From assembly GCA_028867755.1 (NCBI GenBank), contig JAGWFT010000002.1:64001-128000 (forward strand): 64,000 bases of DNA. The letters are read 5' to 3'. The translations under genes were made by a program, and so were the position numbers. Below, in pieces: positions 10,339-19,445 of this stretch (the first letter of the stretch is position 1; each line of letters opens with the position of its first letter). Below the pieces are notes generated by a model. It did not search any database. It had not been told where the DNA came from and saw only the letters and a program-made list of their open reading frames with translations. This DNA is from Nitrososphaerota archaeon. Its GTDB lineage: Archaea; Thermoproteota; Nitrososphaeria; Nitrososphaerales; Nitrosopumilaceae.

Positions 10339-10413
10339 TCAGGTTTTTGGGTCGGTTCGTCGCGGCTTCCTCACAGCTAATGCTCAGACTGGAGCGGCAA
10401 AATATTACCTCAT
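10339..10413 (-). ncRNA. Candidate box C/D sRNA
   Basis: The minus strand reads ATGAGGT...CTGA...GTGAGGA...CTGA in a GC-richer intergenic patch. The C boxes are imperfect and the spacers long. Confidence 0.3.
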
Positions 10414-10478
10414 TCCCTTTTGTCAATGTTCTTCGAATACTATTAAACTATGCTTCAAAAACAGATGAATTTTGTAAA

Positions 10479-10901
10479 TTAGGCCTTCAATAATTCGGTA
10501 TATGTTTTTGTTATATCTGATTTTTTGTAAATTGGAACTTTTATTCTAATTTTTATTGCATTATTTTGTTGTAAACTAATACTCTTTCCCACAAGCTCCT
10601 TTTTTCCTATTCTAAGAAATAAAGAAGAGTTCTCAAAGTACATCTCAATATTGTCTAGAACTTCGTCTAATTGTAATCTTGAAATTTTAGTAACTAATGT
10701 TTTTACAAACCCTTCTGCTCTTTTCTTTGTAAGTGTGACTCTAAAAAGCATGATTGGATTTCCATAATGACCTACGATTTCCTCTTGTGAAAACTCTTCT
10801 TTTTTTATCTGAAATAAATCAAATATGGGTTCAAAAATTTTCTCACTGTCTTCTGTAGCATGAAATATTATCTCGATACTAGCTTCGATCTGATTTGCCA
10901 T
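10479..10901 (-). CDS. RNA-binding protein of the DUF54/exosome-associated family
   Basis: HATED...GHYGNPI...FLRIGK pattern; located next to rps3ae. Confidence 0.8.
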   Translation of the reverse strand: MANQIEASIEIIFHATEDSEKIFEPIFDLFQIKKEEFSQEEIVGHYGNPIMLFRVTLTKKRAEGFVKTLVTKISRLQLDEVLDNIEMYFENSSLFLRIGKKELVGKSISLQQNNAIKIRIKVPIYKKSDITKTYTELLKA

Positions 10902-10931
10902 CACTATGAGTATTTTATATGACGATTAAAT

Positions 10932-11549
10932 CTATTTGGCTTGTAACAGGACTGTTTCTGCCTCTGCTGTTCTGATAAGTTTTGCCTTTTCAATTCCTAT
11001 GTGTCTTACATGAATTATTTTCTTAACTGCTGCCATTATGTCAGAATTTATCTTGCCAAATGCTGTGGCTTGGATAAATTGGTCTATTGTCATCTCTGGT
11101 ATGTGTTTTGCCATTATCTCCTTTGCAATTAATCTCAGAGCGTGCTTTCTTGAGGTGTTAAGCTTTTTCTGAGTTAGTGCGATGACTTTAATTCTGAAAA
11201 GATATCCATCCTTAGTTCTTACATCTCCAATAAAATTGATCAAAGAAGAACCTCGTCTTACAAGACTTCGAAGAAATTCCTTTGCATATTCATATCGTTT
11301 AAAGATCGAAATGGCAGTTTCTCCTTCAACTTTGCTTATCTGGAAGTAAAGCTTGAATTGGTGTTGAGAAGGATCGCCTTTTACAATATCAAATAAGGTA
11401 ACTTCAACAACTCTACCAACAGCGCTTTCATCATCAGTTATGGGAATATACGCAATTGGTACACTATTGAATGCTGCAGGGGCAAGAACAGTAACCCATT
11501 TTTTTTCTCTCCACTTGTCTTTAACCCTTGTAGTCTTTTGGCGAGCCAA
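10932..11549 (-). CDS. rps3ae: 30S ribosomal protein S3Ae (eS1)
   Basis: VKDKWREKKWVTVLAP and LRSLVRRGSS. Confidence 0.95.
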   Translation of the reverse strand: MARQKTTRVKDKWREKKWVTVLAPAAFNSVPIAYIPITDDESAVGRVVEVTLFDIVKGDPSQHQFKLYFQISKVEGETAISIFKRYEYAKEFLRSLVRRGSSLINFIGDVRTKDGYLFRIKVIALTQKKLNTSRKHALRLIAKEIMAKHIPEMTIDQFIQATAFGKINSDIMAAVKKIIHVRHIGIEKAKLIRTAEAETVLLQAK

Positions 11550-11593
11550 CTAAAACCAACCTTTTAAGCCAAAATATAAGTTGTACGACATTT

Positions 11594-12856
11594 TTAGATC
11601 GTGCTTGCACCAACGTATTTCTGTAAAACCTTTGGTATGGATATGTGTCCATCCTTTGTTTGAAAGTTTTCTAGTATTGCAACCATTGTTCTTGTAGTTG
11701 CAACAAGAGTGCTGTTTAGCGTGTGCAGATACTGTGGTTGTTCATTGGTTTTATCACGGAACCTTATCTTGAGTCTTCTTGCCTGAAAGTCAAGACAATT
11801 AGAACAAGAGATAATCTCTCTGTAATTATTCTGACCTGCCATCCATGCCTCAAGATCGTATGTTTTTGCAGAAACCTTTCCCATATCACCACTTGAAAGC
11901 AACATGACTCTATATGGTAACCCAATTTTTTGATAAAATTCTTCTACAGTTAATAGCATTTTTTCGTGTTCGCTCCAAGACTCTTCAGGTCTTGAAAAAA
12001 CAAATTGCTCTACTTTTTCAAACTGATGTACACGAAATATTCCCTTTTGGTCTCGACCATGGGCTCCAGCTTCCTTTCTAAAACATGGACTAACACCAGC
12101 ATATCTAAGAGGCAAAATTTTTCCTTCAATTATCTCGTCTGAATGCATTGAGGCAACAGCGTGTTCAGATGTTCCAATCAAGTAAAGATCTTCTCCCTCA
12201 ACCTTGTAAATCACATCTTCAAAATCATGTGCGATTATTGCTCCTTCCATAGAACTTTTGTTTATCATGTAGGGAGTTTGAATGGGCGTATAGTTCTTTT
12301 CGGATAGAAAATCTAATGCAAACTGAATTAATGATTGGTTTAGCCTGACGAGCTGATTTTTCAGATAGTAGAATCTCGCACCAGCAGTCTTTGCAGCTCT
12401 TTCCAGATCTACTAGGTCAAGACTTTGCGTCAAGTCTATGTGGTCTCTCACCTTGAAATCAAATGTGGGTATATTTCCCCATTTTTTTATTTCCTTATTT
12501 GCTGTCTCATCTTTTCCAGTAGGGACAGATTCATGAATCAAATTAGGTAATGTCAGAGAAAGTTTTTTGTAGGAATCTTCAGCTCTAATCTGAGTTTCTT
12601 CTAGTCTTTGCAGTTCATCTGAGACTGAACGCATTTGTTCCATAATGCTTGTCGAATCTTCGTTTGATTTTTTTTTCTTTGCAACCTCGATTGATATTTG
12701 ATTTCTTGTCTTTCTTAGCTCGTCTGTTTTTATTATTAGCTCTCTTCTCTCTTTGTCTAATTTTATGAGTTCATCTAGTGGAAAGTCAACATCTCTTGCT
12801 TCAAGCATATTTCTTATTTTGTCAGGATTGTCTCGTATGAGTTTTGGATCAAACAT
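11594..12856 (-). CDS. serS: Serine--tRNA ligase
   Basis: LIGTSEH, FRKEAGAHGRDQKGIFRVHQFEKVE and EIISCSNCLDFQARRL. Confidence 0.97.
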   Translation of the reverse strand: MFDPKLIRDNPDKIRNMLEARDVDFPLDELIKLDKERRELIIKTDELRKTRNQISIEVAKKKKSNEDSTSIMEQMRSVSDELQRLEETQIRAEDSYKKLSLTLPNLIHESVPTGKDETANKEIKKWGNIPTFDFKVRDHIDLTQSLDLVDLERAAKTAGARFYYLKNQLVRLNQSLIQFALDFLSEKNYTPIQTPYMINKSSMEGAIIAHDFEDVIYKVEGEDLYLIGTSEHAVASMHSDEIIEGKILPLRYAGVSPCFRKEAGAHGRDQKGIFRVHQFEKVEQFVFSRPEESWSEHEKMLLTVEEFYQKIGLPYRVMLLSSGDMGKVSAKTYDLEAWMAGQNNYREIISCSNCLDFQARRLKIRFRDKTNEQPQYLHTLNSTLVATTRTMVAILENFQTKDGHISIPKVLQKYVGASTI

Positions 12857-13098
12857 TAGCTAGTCACTCTGAGGATAACTTGGGTCTGTTCAAGAACTTC
12901 ATCAATAGTAGAGATCAATGTTCGTATATTTCCTTTACCTTCAAATGTGAAAATTAGTTTTCCCTTGTCATCTTCAATTTTAAAGGATAGGTCTTTTGGG
13001 AACTCTACGTTATCAGGTTCCAAAGCTTTGTGAATAGCTTCTGCCTTTTTTTCAGAGATATTATTTAGAAACACTTGTACTTTGCATTCTAGAGACAT
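12856..13098 (-). CDS. pcc1: KEOPS complex subunit Pcc1
   Basis: 80-aa protein with AIHKALEPDN...LRTLISTIDE-like pattern, in the usual archaeal position between recJ and serS. ATG at 13098. Confidence 0.8.
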   Translation of the reverse strand: MSLECKVQVFLNNISEKKAEAIHKALEPDNVEFPKDLSFKIEDDKGKLIFTFEGKGNIRTLISTIDEVLEQTQVILRVTS

Positions 13099-14479
13099 TT
13101 TCTTCCAAGTAATCCAGGAATTCATCTAATTTATCCTTAGTAATCCTGGCACCAGCGGCTGCATTGTGTCCGCCGCCTACTCCTGAAACCTTTGCAGCGC
13201 ATTCTCTCATGAGTAGCCCTAAATTCACTTCCGATTTGCATCCTGTAGATTTTCGCGAAGAGAATTTTATAGTGCCTTCCTCACCATTTGTCCTAAGTAT
13301 TATTATTTTCCCAGTATTTTTTTGTGAACCGCCCAGAAGTGAAGATACGGCTCCAGTCATATTTTCTGGTACCAATCCCTCGCCATTTACTAGCACGTAT
13401 GAGCCATTGTCTGTTACTCTCCATCTCTCGCTTGACAGTGTATTCATGTATGTTCTCAAAAATGTTCTATATTCCACCAAAATGCTCTCACCTTCTTGCA
13501 ACATCTTAGTTCTATCTCCCATGCAGATTGCGATACCAACTCCTGCTTTGCGTATTCTGCCACATGAGTTTAATACTGTAGAAAATTCTCTTGCATCGCG
13601 CAAAAAGCTTCGCTTGTCTTCTCCTGCCAGTGTGTAGGTATAACCAACAAGCTCGTCAATAATGTCACTTGCATTCTTGTTTGGAATGAACTTGGAAATA
13701 GTTTGTAAAAGAGTTCTTTTTTCATCTTCGGTAAGTTCTGCTGGAACTCTCCATCTCCCACCGTCTTTTAGCCTGATTCCTGATGAATTTAGCAACGAGA
13801 GACACGCATCACGGTTCCAAGTAAGGCCCTCTATGAAAGGCTGTGAGGTAAAGGCAAGAGCATCAGGAAGTGGTCTTGTTTCTCTTCCAACTAATAGTAT
13901 GTCAAGATCAATTTCTAGCTGGTGGTTCTTTTTTGCTGTTGCTGCAATCTCAACGTTAACTCCAGTAAAAGATTTTTTTTCACCTTGATCTTGACGATCC
14001 CCTAATGCAGCTACTACTGCAATCCATGCCAAATCTGTATTTTCTTTATGTAAAGCCTTTGAGACTAGATATGCCATGCTACCTGCCGATGCATCTACTC
14101 CTCCATCAAGGTCATACTTCCAAGCATTGATGACTCTATCATTATCAAGTTCTTCTTGAGGGATCTGATGATGATCAACAATCATCCAATTATCATCAAG
14201 TGCACTGTCCAAGTCTTTTGCAAATCCTCCTCCAAGATCAGTTATAATGTGAAATTGTCTTGAATCATTTTTGAGTCTGTCAATCAAATTTTTGCTGAAT
14301 TCATTAACTGTTTTAACAGTGCATTTTGCTCCTGATCTAATGAGTGATTTTGTTACAATACTTCCTGATGTAATTCCGTCGCAATCTAGATGAGTTATTA
14401 CAGAGATGTTCTTGCCAGACTTGATACAATCAGTAACTTTGTCATGAAAATGGGATAATGCTTGGTCTAACTTACTCAT
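13061..14479 (-). CDS. recJ: RecJ-like DHH phosphoesterase (GAN/Cdc45-like)
   Basis: THLDCDG, TDLGG, VDHH and GGGHNAAAG motifs; adjacent to rps15. Confidence 0.9.
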   Translation of the reverse strand: MSKLDQALSHFHDKVTDCIKSGKNISVITHLDCDGITSGSIVTKSLIRSGAKCTVKTVNEFSKNLIDRLKNDSRQFHIITDLGGGFAKDLDSALDDNWMIVDHHQIPQEELDNDRVINAWKYDLDGGVDASAGSMAYLVSKALHKENTDLAWIAVVAALGDRQDQGEKKSFTGVNVEIAATAKKNHQLEIDLDILLVGRETRPLPDALAFTSQPFIEGLTWNRDACLSLLNSSGIRLKDGGRWRVPAELTEDEKRTLLQTISKFIPNKNASDIIDELVGYTYTLAGEDKRSFLRDAREFSTVLNSCGRIRKAGVGIAICMGDRTKMLQEGESILVEYRTFLRTYMNTLSSERWRVTDNGSYVLVNGEGLVPENMTGAVSSLLGGSQKNTGKIIILRTNGEEGTIKFSSRKSTGCKSEVNLGLLMRECAAKVSGVGGGHNAAAGARITKDKLDEFLDYLEENVSRMQSTSVSK

Positions 14480-14928
14480 TACTCAAGTTGAGCAATGACT
14501 GCCTTATATTTCCAAGTTTTGGGAATACGGCCGATCTTCTTGTAATACGAAGATAGTCTGTGAACCTTGGCCTCTAACAACTCCAACGATCTAACATTTC
14601 TCTTATCTGATTTGTTAGCCTTTAGATGTTTTTGCAGACCCAATGCTTTTGTAACAAGGTTATTGAGGTCTTCTGGCATCTCCGGCTTGACTCCTTTTTG
14701 TTCCAAAATATGCACTAGTGATTTTTTAACAATTTGCTTGGTGAGTGGAATTGCATATTGATCTCGTAGCTTTACTCCAATCTCGCTTGGCTTGAGTCCT
14801 TCTTTTGAATATTTTACTATGAGCTCTTCTATCTCAGCTGGGGTCTGTTTTACCCAAGTCGGTGCACTGGGGGTGACAGGTCTTATAGAATGAGATTTTC
14901 CATGTCGGTGTGAATGAAGACGGCCCAC
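14479..14928 (-). CDS. rps15: 30S ribosomal protein S15 (uS15)
   Basis: MGRLHSHRHGKSHS and EAKVHRLSSYYK. Confidence 0.96.
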   Translation of the reverse strand: MGRLHSHRHGKSHSIRPVTPSAPTWVKQTPAEIEELIVKYSKEGLKPSEIGVKLRDQYAIPLTKQIVKKSLVHILEQKGVKPEMPEDLNNLVTKALGLQKHLKANKSDKRNVRSLELLEAKVHRLSSYYKKIGRIPKTWKYKAVIAQLE

Positions 14929-15034
14929 GGAGCGCTTGTTTTTTCAGCAAACATAAATGTTACTTGCAGATCGCAAGTCTTGATTTACATAAGAGTTAAA
15001 TACCAACAGAAGTCATTTTGAGATAGGTGCTAAA

Positions 15035-15346
15035 ATGAACAAACCAATAATTATTGGAGCCGCACTATTTGCCCTCTTCGTAGTGTCATCATTTGCTCCA
15101 TTCGCTGCGGCACAGTACGCAGGTGTGGGTGGCGGCGGTGGCATTACTCTAGAAGACCAGTTAAAGCTAGCACGTGCAAGAATAGCAGATGTACAAGCAA
15201 ACCCACATGCTGGGTCTGGTACACCATATCTTGACGCTAACGGTGTCATTGGTGCTACAATCATATCTGGTGCTATATTCGGCGGAATCTTCATTGCTTT
15301 CGTCGTAAGAGCAAAGCAAGTAGAAAAGGCAAGAAAACAACGCTAG
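15035..15346 (+). CDS. Conserved AOA membrane protein; candidate extra AMO subunit (AmoZ/AmoY-like)
   Basis: Signal-peptide-like N-terminus, helical segment TLEDQLKLAR...GSGTPYL and a C-terminal TM helix. It sits next to rps15, where I recall the amoY/Z genes lying in AOA; the Y versus Z assignment is uncertain. Confidence 0.5.
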   Translation: MNKPIIIGAALFALFVVSSFAPFAAAQYAGVGGGGGITLEDQLKLARARIADVQANPHAGSGTPYLDANGVIGATIISGAIFGGIFIAFVVRAKQVEKARKQR

Positions 15347-15442
15347 ATTTTCTCTTTTTCTTATTTTATTATTTATTCTTAGATCCCATTTTATCAAATA
15401 CTACAGAAATGTATATATCGTACCTAAATTGTTTTGAATAAT

Positions 15443-15712
15443 ATGATGAGCGCGATATTCATGCTCGTAGGTATGCTGTCTAACTTTGCAGGTCAAATAG
15501 GTCCAAACTATGACCCGCTATTCTATGATGTCATGACCTACATATTTGCAACTATGATGTTCGCAGTATTCCTACTCGGCGTCATTGCTTTCTGGCTCAG
15601 AGCACACGGAATGGGTTCAGGCGCTGTCAGAGAAAGATGGGTCTCTGAACTCGACAAGCACTTTGAGAGAGAAGGCATTGGTCTGATACCAGACAACGGA
15701 AAATACTGGTAG
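15443..15712 (+). CDS. Small single-TM AOA protein; candidate extra AMO subunit (AmoY/AmoZ-like); start uncertain
   Basis: One hydrophobic helix followed by GSGAVRERWVSELDKHF; in tandem with the previous gene, with a T-rich terminator after it. Confidence 0.5.
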   Translation: MMSAIFMLVGMLSNFAGQIGPNYDPLFYDVMTYIFATMMFAVFLLGVIAFWLRAHGMGSGAVRERWVSELDKHFEREGIGLIPDNGKYW

Positions 15713-15778
15713 AATTCCATCCTTTTTCCTTCTTTTTAATTACGACTAGTGCTATCGTTAAGATAATTGATTGGCCCT

Positions 15779-16294
15779 TTAACTCGGTGGAGTAAAGGTT
15801 GGTGCTCCCTGGCTGTTCTTTGAGACAAATTCTGCTCTATAATGCGCACCATCTTGTAAGAGTGTGTGGATGAAATCAGGTGACTCTACTCCATTGACAT
15901 AGATCTTGGACTGTTTATCGTCCATATCTCGCAAATCAAATCCCATTAACCATAAGAAATGGCCTACTTCGAACGGATATTCTTTTGTCCATGCAGCATG
16001 AATTACCCCGTCATCTGATAGAGTATAGATAGACCGTTGGCAATCTTTTGTAATTCCAATGTTGGCAGGTATGTCTTGTTTTGCTCCATCCACATAAATC
16101 TCCAAAGTGGCAGATAATTGATATTTTATGTCACGGCCGTTTATGCACTGGTAAAGAGGATCATCTGCTTTTACTATCTTTTGGATTACCAATGTATTGG
16201 TTAATGCTATCCCAATTCCTATGGCTGCTGTAATTGCAAGATACCTGAGGGTTTTCTTCCGTTTTGATGGATCCCCCATTCCAGGCCAGATCAT
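15779..16294 (-). CDS. Conserved thaumarchaeal membrane-anchored hypothetical protein
   Basis: N-terminal TM helix; LEIYVDGAKQDIPANIGI...IYTLSDDGVIH extracellular domain with two Cys. Confidence 0.7.
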   Translation of the reverse strand: MIWPGMGDPSKRKKTLRYLAITAAIGIGIALTNTLVIQKIVKADDPLYQCINGRDIKYQLSATLEIYVDGAKQDIPANIGITKDCQRSIYTLSDDGVIHAAWTKEYPFEVGHFLWLMGFDLRDMDDKQSKIYVNGVESPDFIHTLLQDGAHYRAEFVSKNSQGAPTFTPPS

Positions 16295-16380
16295 GAGCTT
16301 GCTTGTGGGTTAATCGAGTTATATACATTGACATCTAGCACATTAGGACTAGATTTTGTGAAAATATGTATAAAAGAAAT

Positions 16381-16722
16381 TTAGAGTGAAGACTCGCCGC
16401 GCTTTTTGGTTCCTACATCTATGGCGTCATCTACATTATAGATGAATATTTTGCCTTCTCCTGTCATACCAGTACTTGCATGAGATGTTATGGCATCAAC
16501 GACTTTGTCCACCATGTTATCATGTACTACAACATAGATGTTTACGTTCACATTAAAGGCAGATTGGAATCGTCCACCTCTCCCAGATGATACCATCTCT
16601 CTGGGTCTCTTTCCTCTACCTTTTGCTGTGAAATATGTGAAGCCACCGATGTCTAATTGTGTTAATGCAGTAAAGACTGGATCTAACTTGTCTTCTGGAA
16701 TTACAGCTTCTATTTTTTTCAT
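16381..16722 (-). CDS. glnB: PII nitrogen regulatory protein
   Basis: MKKIEAVI, KGRGK and TGMTGEGKIFI. ATG at 16722. Confidence 0.93.
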   Translation of the reverse strand: MKKIEAVIPEDKLDPVFTALTQLDIGGFTYFTAKGRGKRPREMVSSGRGGRFQSAFNVNVNIYVVVHDNMVDKVVDAITSHASTGMTGEGKIFIYNVDDAIDVGTKKRGESSL

Positions 16723-16794
16723 AGCTAGATTCATTGCAACTATGAAATGCTTTTATTAAAATTATTGCTTAGATGTATACTAAAGAAAGAATAA

Positions 16795-16836
16795 TATCAT
16801 AAAAAGACGATTTTGGGATAAAATACCTTTTATAGA
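16795..16836 (+). promoter_or_regulatory. 42-bp operator plus BRE/TATA, copy 1 (upstream of the Cas4-like gene, divergent from PII)
   Basis: TATCATAAAAAGACGATTTTGGGATAAAATACCTTTTATAGA; near-identical to 19382-19423 and also 64 nt from the ATG. Confidence 0.75.
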
Positions 16837-16858
16837 TCAAAAACCGCTTTTTCAAAGA

Positions 16859-17605
16859 ATGACCGAATCTAAAATCAAGAAGGTTCGAATAGTAGAGAAA
16901 GTTCAAGAAAAACTCAAGCAGGGAATCGATAACTATAGAGCAGCAGGTGACGCAGCACCAAAATTTGATGTCTATGATGTGATCGAAGAAGTGTTTGCAG
17001 CAATTAATCCAACAATAGCTGACGAAGGTAAAGTAACAGTGGATGAGGTCAGCGGTTGTCTGCGAGCTTCATATCTGGACAGAAAAGATCCATCTGAAAA
17101 AACTCACAAACAGATGCTGTCAAAAATTATGCAAAAGAGTGCATTGAGCATTATGGAAAAACCCGTAGAGGGACAGCTTGATGCAGGCTCCGGCGTAAAA
17201 CTAGTTGGCAGAGCAGAAAGAGTTGAAGATGATGTAGCAATGGTGTTCAAGGCAGTCGAGGAATTACCAGAGATGCCATATCCAGAACACTTCATACAGC
17301 TAAATTCCTATCTGCACATGTTTGGAAAACCAGAAGGTGTAATCGTCTACTTCGACAAAGAAGGAAATGAAATGGAATTCCAAGTTCCAAGAAGTGACCG
17401 ACTCATGGGTGAAACCAAACGTAGAGCTCGTATATTGAACACATTGTTGAAAAACAATATTGCTCCTGCAATAGAACCATCCGAAAGATGTCTTAGTTGC
17501 CCACATAACGAAAAGTGTTACTATACATCTGAGGACAAACAAAAATGGGGCTTTTGGGCTCGTGGCAAATGGCGCGAACTTAAACCAAAAGACAACATCC
17601 TATAA
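16859..17605 (+). CDS. Solo Cas4-like PD-(D/E)XK/FeS protein, catalytic motifs degenerate
   Basis: N-terminal Cys (SGCLR), QLNSY motif and C-terminal CLSCPHNEKC (four FeS ligands in total). No CRISPR array in the window. Confidence 0.75.
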   Translation: MTESKIKKVRIVEKVQEKLKQGIDNYRAAGDAAPKFDVYDVIEEVFAAINPTIADEGKVTVDEVSGCLRASYLDRKDPSEKTHKQMLSKIMQKSALSIMEKPVEGQLDAGSGVKLVGRAERVEDDVAMVFKAVEELPEMPYPEHFIQLNSYLHMFGKPEGVIVYFDKEGNEMEFQVPRSDRLMGETKRRARILNTLLKNNIAPAIEPSERCLSCPHNEKCYYTSEDKQKWGFWARGKWRELKPKDNIL

Positions 17606-17720
17606 CTACACTTTTTTATTCTAATTTTTATTTTATGGAATGCCAATAACTGAATTTGATCTCTTATCCCTCTCTCATAAGATCTAATAGTACAAAGCAG
17701 AAATTATGTAATTCTGTAAA

Positions 17721-17945
17721 TCACTTCAATGTGTCTGAATTTTCTACATTTCTTAGGTAAACTTTAGTCTTGAATGGTTTTTGTGCGTCCTTGTGATGAT
17801 ACAAGATCTTGATGCCGTGCTCAAAAGGTACAATCTGAATAGAATCAGTTGGCTGTAATGAATTATCAGTCTCTCTTAGATATTCAACTAATTCTCTTTG
17901 TGGCATTTTAAGAATTTCTTCTATTTTTTTTCTGCTAGATTTCAA
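17721..17945 (-). CDS. Hypothetical protein
   Basis: 74-aa ORF with protein-like composition that fills the intergenic space. Confidence 0.5.
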   Translation of the reverse strand: MKSSRKKIEEILKMPQRELVEYLRETDNSLQPTDSIQIVPFEHGIKILYHHKDAQKPFKTKVYLRNVENSDTLK

Positions 17946-18063
17946 TATGTTCCGAATTCAATTCTGATATATAATGTGTCTTGATTTTGGTACTCATTGA
18001 TGATACTGTTGATACGGTGTCATGTTTACTGTTAAATATGCTAAATGATTTGAGACCTTTGAT

Positions 18064-18540
18064 ATGGTTGATAGCAAAATAGATTGGTTTGAAAATTTTC
18101 TAGGACTTGGGTATCATCTTTATGATGTCAGGCCAGTTTTACTTGTTCTTTTAGATGAAAGAAAGGAAATTGCTAATACTTGGAATAAGATTCTGAAATA
18201 TTTTCCAGACGATGAAATTAAAACAAGATTCATAGAAAGAGGATCTACCTATGAATTTGTTCTTTATTGTGAATCTCGTATATTGCAGACTACATGGGTT
18301 TTCCTAAAATCTCTTAACATGTCTGAGCATTACAAGCAGTTCAAAGAAGACTATGATGGTGCAGCTGTACTAAAACTAGCATTGTACATCAAAAAAAAGA
18401 AAGGTGACAACGAACTAGAGATATTCAAGTATCAAAAAAGACTAACAAATGTAAAATTTCTTACTGAACCAGAAGCAGAACAGGATTTCATACTGACAAG
18501 AGCTACTCAGAAGCTTCATGACAAGCCACATGATAATTAA
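18064..18540 (+). CDS. Hypothetical protein
   Basis: 158-aa ATG-started ORF with no recognised motif. Confidence 0.65.
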   Translation: MVDSKIDWFENFLGLGYHLYDVRPVLLVLLDERKEIANTWNKILKYFPDDEIKTRFIERGSTYEFVLYCESRILQTTWVFLKSLNMSEHYKQFKEDYDGAAVLKLALYIKKKKGDNELEIFKYQKRLTNVKFLTEPEAEQDFILTRATQKLHDKPHDN

Positions 18541-18561
18541 AACCACGATAGATAGTGTATG

Positions 18562-19080
18562 CTACAAGTGTGATTTTATCAAATTTACCCATTCATCCCA
18601 ATCCAAGCTATAATACATCAGTGGCTGTCGTTGGGGATAATTTATCACGGCTCTTGTTATGGCAAATTCATACTTCTTTATCTTGTTTTTTTGGTCTTTG
18701 AATGTGATTCTAAGAAAGTTTACTTTTCTAGATGTGACGCTCTCAACATTTACTATGGAACTCAATGGAATCATCCAACTTTTAGAACTCTTTGATATGT
18801 CCTCGTCTAGATCTGCTTCAGAATAATGTGCAAGTTTTCCCACCCTTGCCTTGTCGTCACCAAAGTACTTCTCCCTCTCTTTAGGCGTGATATACAAATA
18901 ATGAGGGGCAAAAATTACATTCTTGTCTGTTAATGCAAGAACTCCTTCCTTACTTTTATGGAAAAAGCCTGCTAATCCAAGAGCTATTCCCCAAATCTTT
19001 GGAAGCGAAGCTATGATGTATTCTTCGTCTTCTAAATTAACTCTCATTGAAATAAGCAATACTGAAGATGGGTAAATCAA
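18562..19080 (-). CDS. Hypothetical protein, possibly a PH-like fold
   Basis: EGVLALTDKNVIF...IPLSSIVNVE pattern, typical of bacterial PH-like domains. Confidence 0.55.
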   Translation of the reverse strand: MIYPSSVLLISMRVNLEDEEYIIASLPKIWGIALGLAGFFHKSKEGVLALTDKNVIFAPHYLYITPKEREKYFGDDKARVGKLAHYSEADLDEDISKSSKSWMIPLSSIVNVESVTSRKVNFLRITFKDQKNKIKKYEFAITRAVINYPQRQPLMYYSLDWDEWVNLIKSHL

Positions 19081-19120
19081 TCTATCTTGCTATAGTGAAA
19101 TATTAAAAATAACGTGGATT

Positions 19121-19282
19121 TTATGGATGGCCTTCGCCTTCAAACGTCATTCCATAAGTTCCAGCATGTTTGCCTTCTTTGATTCTCTTGTATCGATACG
19201 CCCTTTCACCAAAGTAAATGGCAATCGTCATTCCAAGAGCAACTGCAGTTGCAATGAATATAGTTATGTCTGCTTCTGCCAT
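19121..19282 (-). CDS. 53-aa single-TM small protein (below the ORF-track cutoff)
   Basis: Manual translation MAEADITIFIATAVALGMTIAIYFGERAYRYKRIKEGKHAGTYGMTFEGEGHP; divergent from amt. Confidence 0.65.
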   Translation of the reverse strand: MAEADITIFIATAVALGMTIAIYFGERAYRYKRIKEGKHAGTYGMTFEGEGHP

Positions 19283-19381
19283 GGCAAAGATACTTGGTAG
19301 CTTGTATAATAATTTTCTTTAAGATTTTTTGAAATTTTATGATACCATAATTCGATCAAAAGTATCATATCTTCTGTATAG

Positions 19382-19423
19382 TATCATAAAAAAGAGTTTT
19401 TAGGATAAAATACCTTTTATAGA
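19382..19423 (+). promoter_or_regulatory. 42-bp operator plus BRE/TATA, copy 2 (amt promoter)
   Basis: TATCATAAAAAAGAGTTTTTAGGATAAAATACCTTTTATAGA: an 11-bp imperfect inverted repeat directly upstream of the TATA box TTTTATAG. Confidence 0.8.
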
Positions 19424-19445
19424 CGAGAACCATCTCTACGAAAAG

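Noticed and set aside
10320-10430. SRP RNA or RNase P RNA in the GGR/DUF54 spacer
   Set aside because: Too short, and it lacks the SRP helix 8 and RNase P GAGGAAAGUCC signatures. Kept only as a weak C/D candidate.
16381-16722. PII T-loop lacking Tyr51 as a novelty
   Set aside because: Absence of the uridylylation site is common in archaeal PII proteins.
16859-17720. CRISPR-Cas locus around the Cas4-like gene
   Set aside because: No repeat-spacer array and no cas1/cas2 or effector genes are visible anywhere in the window.
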